Shown: one piece after another, positions 49,581 through 64,000 of the stretch | Layout of the letters: every line of letters starts with the position of its first letter | Numbering within the stretch: position 1 is the stretch's first letter | Assembly (NCBI RefSeq): GCF_009914755.1 | Contig: NC_060941.1 | DNA: 64,000 nucleotides | Source: the human T2T-CHM13v2.0 reference genome, Homo sapiens | Reading direction: 5' to 3' (one strand) | Notes under the pieces: model-generated | Told to the model about the DNA's origin: nothing | Seen by the model: the letters and a program-made list of their open reading frames with translations, nothing else | Databases searched by the model: none | Program-made: the position numbers and the translations under genes

Positions 49581-49647
49581 CGTGCAGGGAGAAGGGGAGG
49601 GAGGTCACTGTTGGAGATGCTCCCCTGTTGGCCCCGTGTCCACCCAC

Positions 49648-49766
49648 CTGGCACCGTGGAGGCTGAAGATGCACTTGGTCTGGCTACGGTCGCTGCATAA
49701 GACTGAGGTAAGGAAGGTCTGAGGTCATTTTCTTTATTCTCTTCTGTTGTTCCTGAGCCAAGCAAG
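49648..49766 (-). CDS. WIPI1: WIPI1 coding exon (119 nt; LLGSGTTEENKENDLRPSLPQSYAATVARPSASSASTVP)
   Basis: TAG acceptor, GTGGGT donor. Phase 2 in, phase 1 out. Confidence 0.9.
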
Positions 49767-49821
49767 CTACTTGTGACAATCAAGAGGAGGTGAAAGAAAA
49801 AAGAAATCATCATATATCTAG

Positions 49822-50179
<358 letters not shown>

Positions 50180-51341
50180 TGACCTGCAACTGCCAGGGGC
50201 AGTCACACACCGTCAAAATGGCCTCTTTCTCTTACATTGGCTAGACAAAGATTAGTCCTCTGCTCTTCCCAGTACACACAGGTGAGGACATGCTAGCAAG
50301 GAGAGCAGCCATCGGTGGGGGGCGGTGGCAGCTCTGGTGCCCTGGCCACAGCAGGAGAGCTCAGTCTGTGCCTGTTCACAGAAGGCATGAGTGCTTTTCT
50401 TTTGTTTTCTTTTCTTTTTTGAGACAGGGTCTCACTCTGTTGCCCAGGCTGCAGTGCAGTGGTGTGACCACAGCTTACTGCAGTCTTGACCTTCCTGGGC
50501 TCAGGTGATCCCCCCACCTCTGCCTCCCAAGTAGCTGGGACTACAAGGCATGTGCCACCATGCCTGGCTAATTTTTATATTTTTTCTTTTTGTAAGGATG
50601 GGGTTTCACCATGTTTCTCAGGCTGGTCTCAAACTCCTGAGCTCAAGCCATCCGCCCTCCTTGGCCTCCCAAAGTATTGGGATTACAGGCGTGAGTCAAC
50701 ATGACTGGTAGACCACTTTTCAATTCCATGCAGGGAATAGGTTTTTTTTTTTTTTTATTTTGAGACAGGGTCTCACTCTGTTGTCCAGGCTGGAGTGCAA
50801 TGGTGTGATCATGGCTCACTGCCTCAACCTCTCCAGGCTCAGGTGATTCTCCCACCTCAGCCTCCTGAGTAGCTGGGACTACAGGTGTGTGCCACCACAA
50901 CCGGCTAATTTTTGTATTTGTTTTTGGTATAGATGGGGTTTCACCATGTTGCCCAGGCTGGTCTTGAACACCTGGACTCAAGCCATCCACCCGCTTCGGC
51001 CTCCCAAAGTGCCGGGATTACAGGTGTGAGCCGCCACACCTGGTGGCAGGGAATATTTTTGAACACCCACTGTGAGCTCAGGGCTGTGTTAGGAGCATAG
51101 GCTGAGGGGGAGACCATCTTGTGTGTTATTAATCCTGGCACTTTTCCAGATGATTACCACATGCTGAGGGCACCTGACACAGAGCCCGGTGCAGAGCACT
51201 TGCCCACTAGAGGTTTGCCACTGAGACTGCCAGTGAAGAACAAATCAATGCAAGGGCACTGAAGCTTGTCGTTCTTGGCGAAGGGACAACTCTATACGAC
51301 CAGCTCTCGAAAGGCTGTCTTTTGAAAAGCAGTCTCTTCAC

Positions 51342-51449
51342 CTGTGGGTTTTGATTAAGACACACTCTCCTCCATCCTGAGGATCCAAATTGTACATATA
51401 AAGGTGTCCACTGGATGACGCAACTAGCAGCCGTGGCAACTTCTGGATC
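51342..51449 (-). CDS. WIPI1: WIPI1 coding exon (108 nt; [35 protein letters not shown])
   Basis: TAG acceptor, GTGAAG donor, consistent phases. GGEC motif of the Atg18 family. Confidence 0.93.
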
Positions 51450-52035
51450 CTAAGGGCCAAGGAAAACATAAACCGTGATGACAACGAAGATGGGCGATGG
51501 ATTCGCTTCCAATGACAAAGCCCCCCTCACCCTAGCTGTCACCAGATTCTGCCTTTGACAAACCCTTAGCCCACTGATCTGGTCTGGGCTTCTGGCTATT
51601 CCTTTGCATTCTGGCCTTGGGATCTACTTTCAGGATTATTTCTTGTCTTTGAACGTGACAGTGTGGATGAGGCAAGTGAGTGTAGATGCTGCGACCCTGC
51701 GAGAAGCAATAGCTAGTGAACACATTAGCTCCCTACATGGGACGCAGTCTCCCTCTGACATGTGTCTCTGCCCTTAACCAAGACAGAAAGGGGGTAAATG
51801 GAGGATTGGCTTACTGTCTTTGCTGGTTAGTTTTGTGAAATTTTAAAAATGTTCAACTTTTGAATAAACTCCTTTAAACTTCTTAAAACATCTGTCAGCC
51901 CCATAGGAGTCCGAACCTAGAAAACAGATCTGGAGGCTTTTTACATAATTACATAAAAATAAGAATTGTTTTTAAGACAGTGTCATTATAACCAGAAGGC
52001 TAAAATTCCCATGCCAACTTCTGGCTGCCCCCTGA

Positions 52036-52673
<638 letters not shown>

Positions 52674-54225
52674 CTAGGGAGTAATGCACAGGCAACGATG
52701 GGACTGGGCTGCAGGCCCCACACGCACCCAGGAATCTCCACACCCAAGCGTCATTAGCCACACTCCCCGCAGCAGGGAGAGACTGTGCCTTAGCATAATG
52801 TTCTGCCCACTGAGAACAATCCAGGACGTATTATTCTGGCAATAACTAAAGAGCATCAAGGGCTTGTTTGTTCTTCAGAAGAGCCATTGTAAAGCTGTTA
52901 AAAGGTTCCCAATGCTACTGCTTTCCCCTATTAAAGAAGGCTTATCTGATGACTAGTCTGATTCCTAGATTTCCAGAAGAGAGTTAGGGTAGAGAGTGAG
53001 ATGGACTTGATATCCAGGTACCATTAAATAAGCTTGGGACTGTGCCGGGCTCATGGAAGAACAGACAGATCTCAACGTGAAGGCCTCCTGAGCCAGACTG
53101 AGTGGGTAGCAAACCTCCGGGCAAGACACTTTGGGTGGTGTTTGATTGTAGATAACCCTGGAGTCACCCAGGTACCCAGCATGTGTAATGATGGAGATCA
53201 TGCAAAGGGACCTGGGATGTCGCCTACAGTCATGGAACTTCATCCCAAGGCCTCTGCCAGACAAAGGGGGTGACTGTTCTGTTGGTGAGAGACAACCCCC
53301 AGCTCTGCCCCACACAGAGGGTGGCACATTGAGAACCAAGGTTGCCATATGAGTTCCCAGGAGCAGGCAACTGCTGAGAGGCTGCTTGTCTGCAGGATTA
53401 GGTCCTGGTGGGAAGCTCGCCCTGCAGCTCAGAGCTCTGGGAGGTATTCTTTACTATGCTACCAATGGGCTAGGGGGTCTTTGGACAAACCTCTCTGGGC
53501 CTTCATGTTCTCATCTGAAAGTGACTATGCTAGGTGCACTGCTAGGGTTCTGTGATCCGAAGCATCCTGAGACATCCTTGTACTGTCTGTCCCACAGCCC
53601 TGTGCTCCGGGCTGGGGTTTACAAAGAGGTGTACGATCCAGACCCTGCATTCCAGATTGAGAGAGCACGGGTGTATACAAAGAAAAACCACGTGAGCAGT
53701 TAATATGCGGTGCTGCACAGATGGTCCAGGCAGGAGCTAGTCCAGGACCACAGAGGAAGGGAGAGGCGGATGAGGTTCCTTAACGTTTCCGTGTCCAGAT
53801 TTCCTCATTTGGGAAACAGGAATCATCATCACAACCTCCCTGACAGGGTTGCTGGGAGAACTAAGGATGCTGGGGACTGAGCATGGAGCCTGGCACGTGG
53901 CGCATACTGTTTTATGGGATGGTGTCTCTGTGGCTGGAGGAAATGAGGAGGTTCTGGGGGTGGTGGCTGCTGGGCTCTGCAGCAGGTCTGACTCAGGGGG
54001 ACGGGAGGAGCTGGGACTTCATTCCCAAGGTCAAAGGGGAATAAAGGTGTCTGAGGAGGAGGTGTCACGTTCAAAGGGACATTTTCAGAAGATTAATCAG
54101 CAAGATGATATAGGATGGACTGGTATTGGTTGAAAGAGACTGGAAAGTCAGACCAAATGTAAGAGTAACGGCTGGACCAGCACGAGGTGCTAAAGACACG
54201 TTCAAGGGCCCTGGCCAGCGAAGCA

Positions 54226-54471
54226 GGGCTGAAGAGGCACGTGTGAGCCGTAACCGCCGGGGACATATGAACACCCGTGGGCAGGCTGAGGGGAGGCCCA
54301 AGAGAGCCATAACTGCTGGGGACATATGAACACCCCGTGGACAGGCTGAGGGGAGGCCCATGTGAACCATAACTGCTGGGGACACATGAACACCCTGTGG
54401 ACAGGCTGAGGGGGGAGGCACATGTGAGCCGTAACCGCCAGGGACATATGAACACCTGTGGACAGGTTGAG
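54226..54471. repeat. Minisatellite, ~59-60 bp unit x ~4
   Basis: Repeated GGGGACATATGAACACCC..GTGGACAGGCTGAGGGGAGG core. Confidence 0.9.
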
Positions 54472-54651
54472 CGGAGAACCCAGAACAGCTTGGAGGTTCT
54501 GCTCCTGGTCACCTGTGCTCACAGACAGAAACGGGAGAGCCTGGAGTGGAAAATGAATCTCTGATAATAATCCCCAGTGGAGGCGGGGCTGCAGCAGCAA
54601 TTGCGATCACTCACTCGTGGAACCTTGGGGTTGAACGGCATCTTAACAGCT

Positions 54652-54670
54652 CAGCCGCCCTCTAGTGCTC
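54652..54670 (-). promoter_or_regulatory. Candidate CTCF motif (GAGCACTAGAGGGCGGCTG)
   Basis: Close visual match to the CCASYAGRKGGCRS core; motif only, no binding evidence. Confidence 0.35.
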
Positions 54671-54712
54671 AAACCCATGACAACAGATGATGAATTAAGG
54701 CTCCAAAAAAGA

Positions 54713-55698
54713 TCAGGGCTTAAGAAGCTGTCTGAAAAGTGAAAGAAAATCCTAAAAAGTGGATATAATCTCCAGGGAAAGAGTAAAAAGAACCTCAGGA
54801 CAAACAATGAGCTTTGGGTTACACCTGTGCAGATTGGGGGTTGGAAAGTTCTGGAAAGATGAAGGAGCGAGAAGGGAGCCGCCCCCAGTGTTTCATACAC
54901 CACTGGGGGTGGGGGGAGACAAGGATTCTAGAGATGAGGGGACGTCAGTCCCATGGCTGTGATATGTGACATGGCTCAGGTGATCTCAGGCAGCGTGGGC
55001 TTGCTTTAATCACACATGCCTTTAAAAATAGCTTTCTCCAACTGGTGGCAGAAAAAGATGGCAGAAGGGCAAGTCAGAGAAATCTTGGCACCTCTCTTTC
55101 AGCCTTGTGTCATGCTGAGAAGAAGACCCAGTCCTGCCATTCTGGGCTGCAGAACTGTGAAATCATAAATGTGGCTGTTTGCCTATAGTCCCAGCACTTT
55201 GGGAGGTTGAGGCGGGTGGATCATGAGGTCCGCATGTGTCAGCATTGATAAGGTGCCCGGCCTCTGTCATGTATGTGTTAGCATGTATCAGCGTGATAAG
55301 GTGCCCGGCCTCTGTTACGTATGTGTTAGCATGTATCAGCGTGATATGGTGCCCAGCCTCTACACCTTCCTCTTCTGAAACTCCATCCAAGGGTACCAGC
55401 AACCAACTCCCCAGATACAGTAGGCTTTCTGTCCTGATCCTGCCTCTCTCTGCAGGTTGGGGTAACGTTTTCAAAGCGCTCTTTCTCTAGAATCCTTGCC
55501 CCCCACCGTGGGGTATGAAACACTGGGGGCTGCTCCTTTCTCACTCCTCCATCTTTCCAGAATTTTCCAACCCCCATTCTGCACAGGTGTAACTCAAAGC
55601 TCATTGTCTGCCCTGAAGTTCTTTTTACTCTTTCCCTAGAGATTTTATCCATTTTTTAGGCTTTTCTTTCACTTTTCAGACAGCTTCTTAAGCCCTGA
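54713..55698. repeat. Inverted repeat of non-Alu sequence (arms 54713-54934 and 55484-55698)
   Basis: Reverse-complement alignment about 90% identical. ORFs 54759-54962 (+) and 55326-55652 (-) give near-identical N-terminal peptides. Confidence 0.92.
55232..55361. repeat. 48-bp tandem repeat x ~2.7
   Basis: GCATGTATCAGCGTGATAAGGTGCCCGGCCTCTGT repeated. Confidence 0.85.
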
Positions 55699-56161
55699 GA
55701 AATTGCAGGTGCTTCCCAAGCGCTCAGTGGTGCTGCTGGCAACAATGATAAATAAATATATTGTTATATTTACAGCTATATCAGCTAACACTTCTTAGTG
55801 CTTCCTATGTGCCAGGCACGATGCTGAACACTTTAGATCTGCAGACTCATTTAATACTACTGTTATGTTCATTTTGCAGATGAGGAAACTGAAGGACACA
55901 GATCTAAATTATCTTCCCGGGATCTCTGGGCTCCTAAGAGGCAGAGCCAGGACGTGAACTCACGTGGGTGGCTCCCAGTTTTTTGCTTTTGTGCATCATG
56001 CCTCCAAAGTTTTGCTAACACACACTCCATCACTTAGGTGAAGTCCCAAGTGAAGCCAAGATTGGGTGTTCAGAAAGAAAAGAGATCATTCATGCCAGTA
56101 GAAGAGCCTAGGCCTGACTCCTTTCGTTTAATGAGCATTTGGTGCCCCGCGGAGTACTTGC

Positions 56162-56269
56162 CTGTTGGTGACCTGTTCCAGCTTGAAGATGTGTACCGTC
56201 TCGGTGTTACTGGAGGCGCAGAGGAATTGTGAATCCATACTGAACACTAGAGAGCTGATTGTCACATAC
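56162..56269 (-). CDS. WIPI1: WIPI1 coding exon (108 nt; [35 protein letters not shown]) ending at a GC donor
   Basis: TAG acceptor; SSxTxTVHIFKL PROPPIN motif; donor CAG|GCAAGT. Phase 2 matches the next exon. Not in the ORF track. Confidence 0.92.
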
Positions 56270-56426
56270 CTACAAGCACAGCAACACATGGGTCAGTGAG
56301 CAAGAGAAATGGGAGTTATGGCCTTATAACTCAGAGATCAGCTTTATAAGAAAATCAGATGTATCCTGAAGAGCCTAGGTAGACCCAGATCCCTTAAACA
56401 CTGTGGTGCTCATATTTAGAAATTAA

Positions 56427-56761
<335 letters not shown>

Positions 56762-57231
56762 TGAGAAGAAACAAGGTATAGCCCTGCCTCTGTCAGCAGA
56801 AGGGAGGAACTGTGCCTTCCTGGCATCTTGGAATCTTCCAGTTGCTCTGTGCACTGATCTGGCTGCAAACCTACATCCGATAAGATCCCAAACAGTCACA
56901 CTTTACATCGTCCTTTATTTCCATGGAAGGAAATCAGAAATTATTTTTGGATTGTGACTCCCTGGCTCTCTCATTTCTCCTGTGCCGGCCGCCCACACAC
57001 ACATCAAAAAGGGACTCTCACGGCTGAACTGTGTTAAAACAGCATCTCAGCTTTCAGTTTTGCTGAGCCCTAAGTAAAGCCTGGGAGTCAATTACCTGGG
57101 AGAGTAGTTACACTTCCTCCAGGTGAGTGGAGGGCACAGAGCCACTCTCTGTCCTCTCCCTAGACAGCTGCCAGCGGTCCCTGCGGGACTTCTGCGGGGA
57201 CTTTAAAATGGGTTTGACATTGAACACAGAC

Positions 57232-57302
57232 CTTTTCATCCCTCTCCGGAACTCATAGAGCTTTTGCCCATCAGGGACAGAGAACACCCGGATGACTGTG
57301 CC
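57232..57302 (-). CDS. WIPI1: WIPI1 coding exon containing the FRRG phosphoinositide-binding motif (71 nt; [23 protein letters not shown])
   Basis: CAG acceptor, GT donor. FRRG is the Atg18/WIPI signature. Confidence 0.96.
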
Positions 57303-57668
57303 CTGGAAAAGAAAGCAGGTGGACATTTCATAACCATTAGTGGCTTTACACAGAGATGTCCCTTTAGAGAGGAGTTTGTTTTATTGGTTTTGAACATCTG
57401 TCTCTGAGGAGGAAGAACACCACGTTGAGCATAGAGGCATGTTTATTTATGTGCCATATCAACAATTCTTGGAAAATGTTATAAACACCCTCTGTCTACC
57501 TTTTCCCTTCCACCTGTGCCCAAGGCTCTGCGTGTATGTGTGTGTGCATGTGTGTGTTCACCCAACTGCTCTGGTTTCTTAGAATTTCAATTTGAGGCCG
57601 GGTGTGGTGGCTCACGCCTGTAATCCTAGCACTTTGGGAGGCCAAGGCGGGTGGATTGCCTGAGCTCA

Positions 57669-57941
<273 letters not shown>

Positions 57942-58296
57942 TCAATTTCTCTAAATAGCAAAGTAAAGCATTTGGTTTGCACTGTACTGTGTTTATAAGG
58001 TGTAGCATTTGTCCGTCTCTACGGCTGATGTACACGTACATTTCTTCATAAGACCACGAGTTTTCATGCAAAGTGTCTTGTATCTTGCATATTGCAGGCC
58101 CCTGGCCTATTGAATTAACAAATGCATGAATATACCACACATGCAGAGGCCAGAAATTCTCCCTCTGAAACAAATTCTGAGTGGGCCCAGAGACCAGTCA
58201 GTCTTCATGTCACCAGGTTTGTTCAATCCCATCCCTGCGCACGGCAGGAGCCATCCAGCGAAACCCAGACAGAGGTGTTGGTGGGAGTGGACTCAC

Positions 58297-58389
58297 TTTT
58301 TCAGACGCACTTGCTAGTTTGGAGCCTGAGGCATTGAAGGTGATGGCAGCTAGTGTTCCCTCATGGGCAGCAATAGTGCAGACTGTTTT
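58297..58389 (-). CDS. WIPI1: WIPI1 coding exon (93 nt; KTVCTIAAHEGTLAAITFNASGSKLASASEK)
   Basis: CAG acceptor, GTGAGT donor. PROPPIN motif AH...ASASEKGT. Confidence 0.95.
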
Positions 58390-59058
58390 CTGTTGGTGAA
58401 AAGGAAAAATGGATACAGATGCTGCGGAGGAGGGAAGATGGATTTCACCTCCCTCCCCTTCCTCTTTTCTCCTTTCTCCCTCCTTTGTCCAGCTCCCTGT
58501 CTCTTCCTCTGTCCCCCAGGCCATCTGCATGTAAGCTGTGTGTCATTTTCTGGTGAATCAAGATTTGGCTTCAAGGGCCACTCCATTTCCATCCCTTTTC
58601 CTGCCCTTGGGAAGGTGGCCACGAACGGAGCACCTGATGCAGTGTGATGCCGTCGCAGGCGCGCCCTGCACGCATCTTTAGGCAACTTCCCACAGCAATC
58701 TTGTCCCGCTCAGGGATGCCTCAGAGACCAGAGGGCAGGGAATATGAAACACCTGCACACTGTCTCAGGCTGTGGCATGGGACAGGGTGACACATTCAGG
58801 CAGACAACTGGCCCCCTGCTGGCAAGTGGTTTTCATTATGCTGCAGATGTCTAACTTGGCCTGGCCAGCTGGCTTATGGTGAGGTTGACTCACAGCAAGC
58901 CCGAGGGGAAATAGTATCACCTTCTCTTGAACAACTCCCCAGTATTGCTTACTCCCACCGCCTCCAGCCCCCGACGGCAGGGCGTCCTTATCTATCTCCT
59001 TCCATGACCACACAGCCAAGGCAGGTGGGTTGGCTCAGCCAGGTCACCGTCAACTTAC

Positions 59059-59156
59059 CAGGGAGTTTCCATCATAAAGCACAATCTCCCCTGAAGTCAG
59101 GCTTCCAGGATAGGCCAGGTAAGAATTGGAATGGTTGATAGAGAGAGCACATAGAC
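59059..59156 (-). CDS. WIPI1: WIPI1 coding exon (98 nt; LCALSINHSNSYLAYPGSLTSGEIVLYDGNSL)
   Basis: AG/GTAAGT boundaries on the - strand; WD40 beta-propeller sequence. Confidence 0.94.
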
Positions 59157-59381
59157 CTGGCAAAGAAGAAACAGAACATGAGAAGCCTGGGGCCAAGGGA
59201 GAGATTGCACGGCTGGAGAGGGCATCTGAAAACAGTACAGCTACAGTGCCACCTACTGGCAAGGGGAGGAATGGCTTTGCAGACAACTGCTTTCCGCTGA
59301 TGATTCTTCTGATTAAGGCTTCCAATAAAGCAACTTCACAGGGGAAGACCTCCTGATTTAACACTGGCTGCGTCCTTGCTA

Positions 59382-59763
<382 letters not shown>

Positions 59764-60623
59764 CTACTTTTCTTCCAATTCCATTATCCTCTAGGGTTAC
59801 AAGAGATTTCCTCAAAACTGAAATAAATCTTCCTATTGTGAAAAGTCAGTACATATTGGTCTTTCTGCAGATGATTATATACTGTTGGCCAGTAACTTCA
59901 AGTTGGAGAAGAGGAGCTGCCAAGAACCTATTTAGAAACTGAGAAATTTCAGGCCAGGCAAGGTGGCCCACACCTGTGATCCCAGCACTTTGGGAGGCCG
60001 AGGCAGGTGGGTCACCTGAGGTCAGGAGTTTGAGATCGGGCTGGCCAACATAGTGAAACCCTGTCTCTATTAAAAATACAAAAATTAGTCAGGTGTGGTT
60101 GCATGTGCCTGTAGTCCCAGCTACTCGGGAGGCTGAGGCAGGAGAATTGCTTAAACCTGGAGGTGGAGGCTGCAGTGAGTGAAGATAGTGCCACTGCACT
60201 CCAGCCTGGGTGAGAGTGAGGTTCTGTCTTAAGAAAAAAAAAAAAAGAAACCGAGCAATTTCTGAGCCAAATGCCCTGCCTTGATAAGGGAAATGGGTAC
60301 CTCCCGAGGAGGAAGTTTATTTGAGGTCTGCGTCTGCAGTCAAGATGGTGTGCCTAGACATTGAGACAAACTAAATAAAGAGGACATTTTGGATTTAAGA
60401 TGCTTCAATAATATTCCGGAAGAGTAAACAGCCCATCAAACCACTGAACCAACATAAGCTGTTTTTATTTATAAGGGGATTCAAGAAGGGAGCATTTAAG
60501 TAAAGGATTTTCAAAACAATGGTTTAGATGAATAGAGGTGCACATGATAGCAGTGAATTCCAGCAATTCCATAGAAACCAAAGTGTTACCAGAAACTTTG
60601 AGATCACGCAAGAGAGACATCTC

Positions 60624-60626
<3 letters not shown>

Positions 60627-60662
<36 letters not shown>
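60627..60662 (+). repeat. Poly-A tract (~36 nt), probable retroposon tail remnant
   Basis: Direct reading. Confidence 0.8.
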
Positions 60663-60664
<2 letters not shown>

Positions 60665-61273
60665 GACTGGCGTCTATTACAAGTTAGTATATTAAGTGGG
60701 TTTCTTCTAAAAGTATAAGAAAAAACTTTAGGTCAGGCTGAAACATACCTCAACTAATCTGCTGAGGAAGGAGAGCAAAGGAAAAAGAAAGTAAACATTT
60801 AGAGTTGGAACCTAGGTCTCATTTCCTGCTCTGGCTTTGCTGAGTCCACAGCAGGGCTGTCCTCTTATCACTTGCCATGCATAGCTACGGGAGGAAGTGG
60901 CTGAGCCCCGGAACCTTTAACTGCACGTTCTGGCAGCCCTGCAGCCCTGCCACCCCTTTGGCGATACAAGGTCATTCCTGGCCCCAGCCTTAGAAGAGGC
61001 CACTCGTCCATTTCCAGTTTTGCTCTGGAAACCCCAATTCCTCACCCCTTCTGAATTCTTTGCTATCCAAATGAAATTTCAAGAACAGCTAGGCAGGCAG
61101 AAGGGATTCTAGTCTTGTGAAACTGGGGAGGGAAGGCAGTCAGGAGATCTGGTTGTCTTGTGTGCTGGGTTCCCAAAGAGGCGGCTGGCAGAAAAGATGT
61201 GAAGACTGTGGAAATCTTACAAGGACTAGCGTACCAAACTAAAGAGTTAAGACCTTACAAATGCAGTGTGTAA

Positions 61274-62340
<1,067 letters not shown>

Positions 62341-64000
62341 GATTTTCAAATTTTATTTTAAGGCATGTTTCAGGAATATTTATCTGGTTAGAGATAGGCT
62401 GAGGACATGAGTTCAAGACTGAGGTCTGCTATGTACTGTGAAACTCTGGCCGAGTTATTTGCTGCTCTTTCAGGCCTGTTTCCTGTCTGTGAAATGAAGG
62501 CTACCGTGATATAGAGGTCTTTCCAGATTTAACACTTCAAGATGCCAAGCCTTCGTTTCTTACTTCTTCCCTCTGAAAATACTGGGCGTGTCTTTGTGGC
62601 AGAGAGAGCTAAGCAGTCTTGTAGCAGAAGCCTTGGACGCATACCTCCAGCTGTGCTTCAGAGTCTTATGTTAAAACATAAATATTCCCAGAAGGGAAGA
62701 AACGTTTAAACTTTCTAAGCTAATATTGAACTTTCTGCAATACCTATTATAGAACTGGTTGACACTAGATGCTAACAAGAAAGGGACAAAGGATAAGAGT
62801 GAGGGCAGGCATACTCTGACACATACCACTTATTTGACAGTTTTGCCTCCAGGCTCGCACCTCTACCAATCCATCTGAATTTAGACAAGGAATCCTGCCT
62901 TCCTACCCTTACAGACTTAATGAAGGTCCCCAGAAAAGCCTACTGTGACTTCCCTATGGCCCAAGTGTCAGAAAAATCCAACGAGCCACACGAATGTATC
63001 TTCGTATCTTGGGAACCACCCAAGGCAAGCAAGAAGAGTTTTCCTTAGCTTGGCTATTGCCATTCTGCCAGTCTCCTCTTTCTGTTACAGGTGTTACACA
63101 AAGCCTTTTTAAGGAAGGATATGGGCTTTAAAAATATTATTGTATAATATAAAAGTGATGGTGTAGAACATTTGCAAAGCCTAGAAAATATAAGGAGAAA
63201 AAAAATCACCCACAATTCTAAAACCCAGAGGCTTTTCACTGTTCTGAACATCTGAGCATATTTTCTTCCAGTCTTTTTTCTACCTAGGAATGAGGTTCTG
63301 ATGGGGCTTTTGGATGTGTTATAGCTTGACACATATTTTCATAAGTCACTGGCAGCTATAATTCCACTGTAATTGTTTGGCTGTAATTCTTCTACAGCTG
63401 GAAAAGAAGTGCCTGCTCTCAACTCAAGAACCAATGGCATCATCAGTGGAATTCAAAGGAAGTCCCATGATTCTAAATGATTCTCATCTTGGTATTTAAA
63501 GTATTGCATGTCAAACTTTAGGTAAGTTAACAGTGATTTATAAAATGCAGTTCCCTCTGAGTTGATTAATGTCTCAGGTTACGCTTTCCGATTTTCAAAA
63601 ATAGAAAGACATCTTCTTTGTACAGCAAATGCCCTATGCTCCTACAAAAGGGAAGCATTTATACCACTTTTATTAGCATTTTCAAACAAGAAAGAGGTCT
63701 TGCTGGGGAAGAAACCATGAACTGTTCAATGATCTGCATTGCTGTGTGGTATGGAACGCTCCCTCAATATCCCATAAAAGGTGGTCAGCTCTGTGACCAC
63801 CTCCTCCATACTGGGAGGTCTGCAGTTGGCAGGACTTTCATGGAGATTTCCACCCTTGACTGCTCAGAGCAGACTGCTGTGCTAGCAGGAAATTAACTTC
63901 GAGCCCCTGTCTGGCCAAGCTCTTTAAAGGAAACAGCCTGCAATCTCTGACACAACAGGAACGGGCATGACACAAACAGACAGAAAGAAGGAAATTTACA

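Noticed and set aside
54226-54471. Regularly spaced repeats as a CRISPR-like array
   Set aside because: Units are contiguous tandem copies without unique spacers, there are no cas genes, and the context is a human intron.
54759-55652. Two near-identical short ORFs as duplicated micro-genes
   Set aside because: Explained by the inverted DNA repeat. One lacks an ATG start and neither has promoter or splice support.

Overview
Human-type genomic DNA, recognised as the ARSG/WIPI1 locus (17q24.2). The + strand carries the last four coding exons of ARSG (lysosomal arylsulfatase G). The - strand carries the last nine coding exons of WIPI1 (PROPPIN/Atg18 family), including a GC-AG intron, with MIR635 in its last intron. 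The two genes converge tail-to-tail about 0.5 kb apart. The rest is intronic and rich in Alu, L1, MIR and Tigger/MER/MADE1 elements. The most interesting element is a full-length, ORF-dead L1PA3-like LINE-1 (30521-36681, - strand) nested in an older L1PB in the last ARSG intron. It has a 16-bp TSD, a ~94-bp 3' transduction, the 129-bp ZNF93-escape deletion and a point mutation in the YY1 site. Its antisense ORF0 is open, and the first ORF0 splice donor reads CAG|GTAAGG, in phase with the ARSG terminal exon. Together these suggest an exapted L1 antisense promoter (inference). Two DNA-level inverted duplications could form long intronic dsRNA. Most ORFs in the supplied track are Alu/L1/low-complexity artefacts. 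Family and gene names come from recognition and recalled consensus sequences, not database searches.
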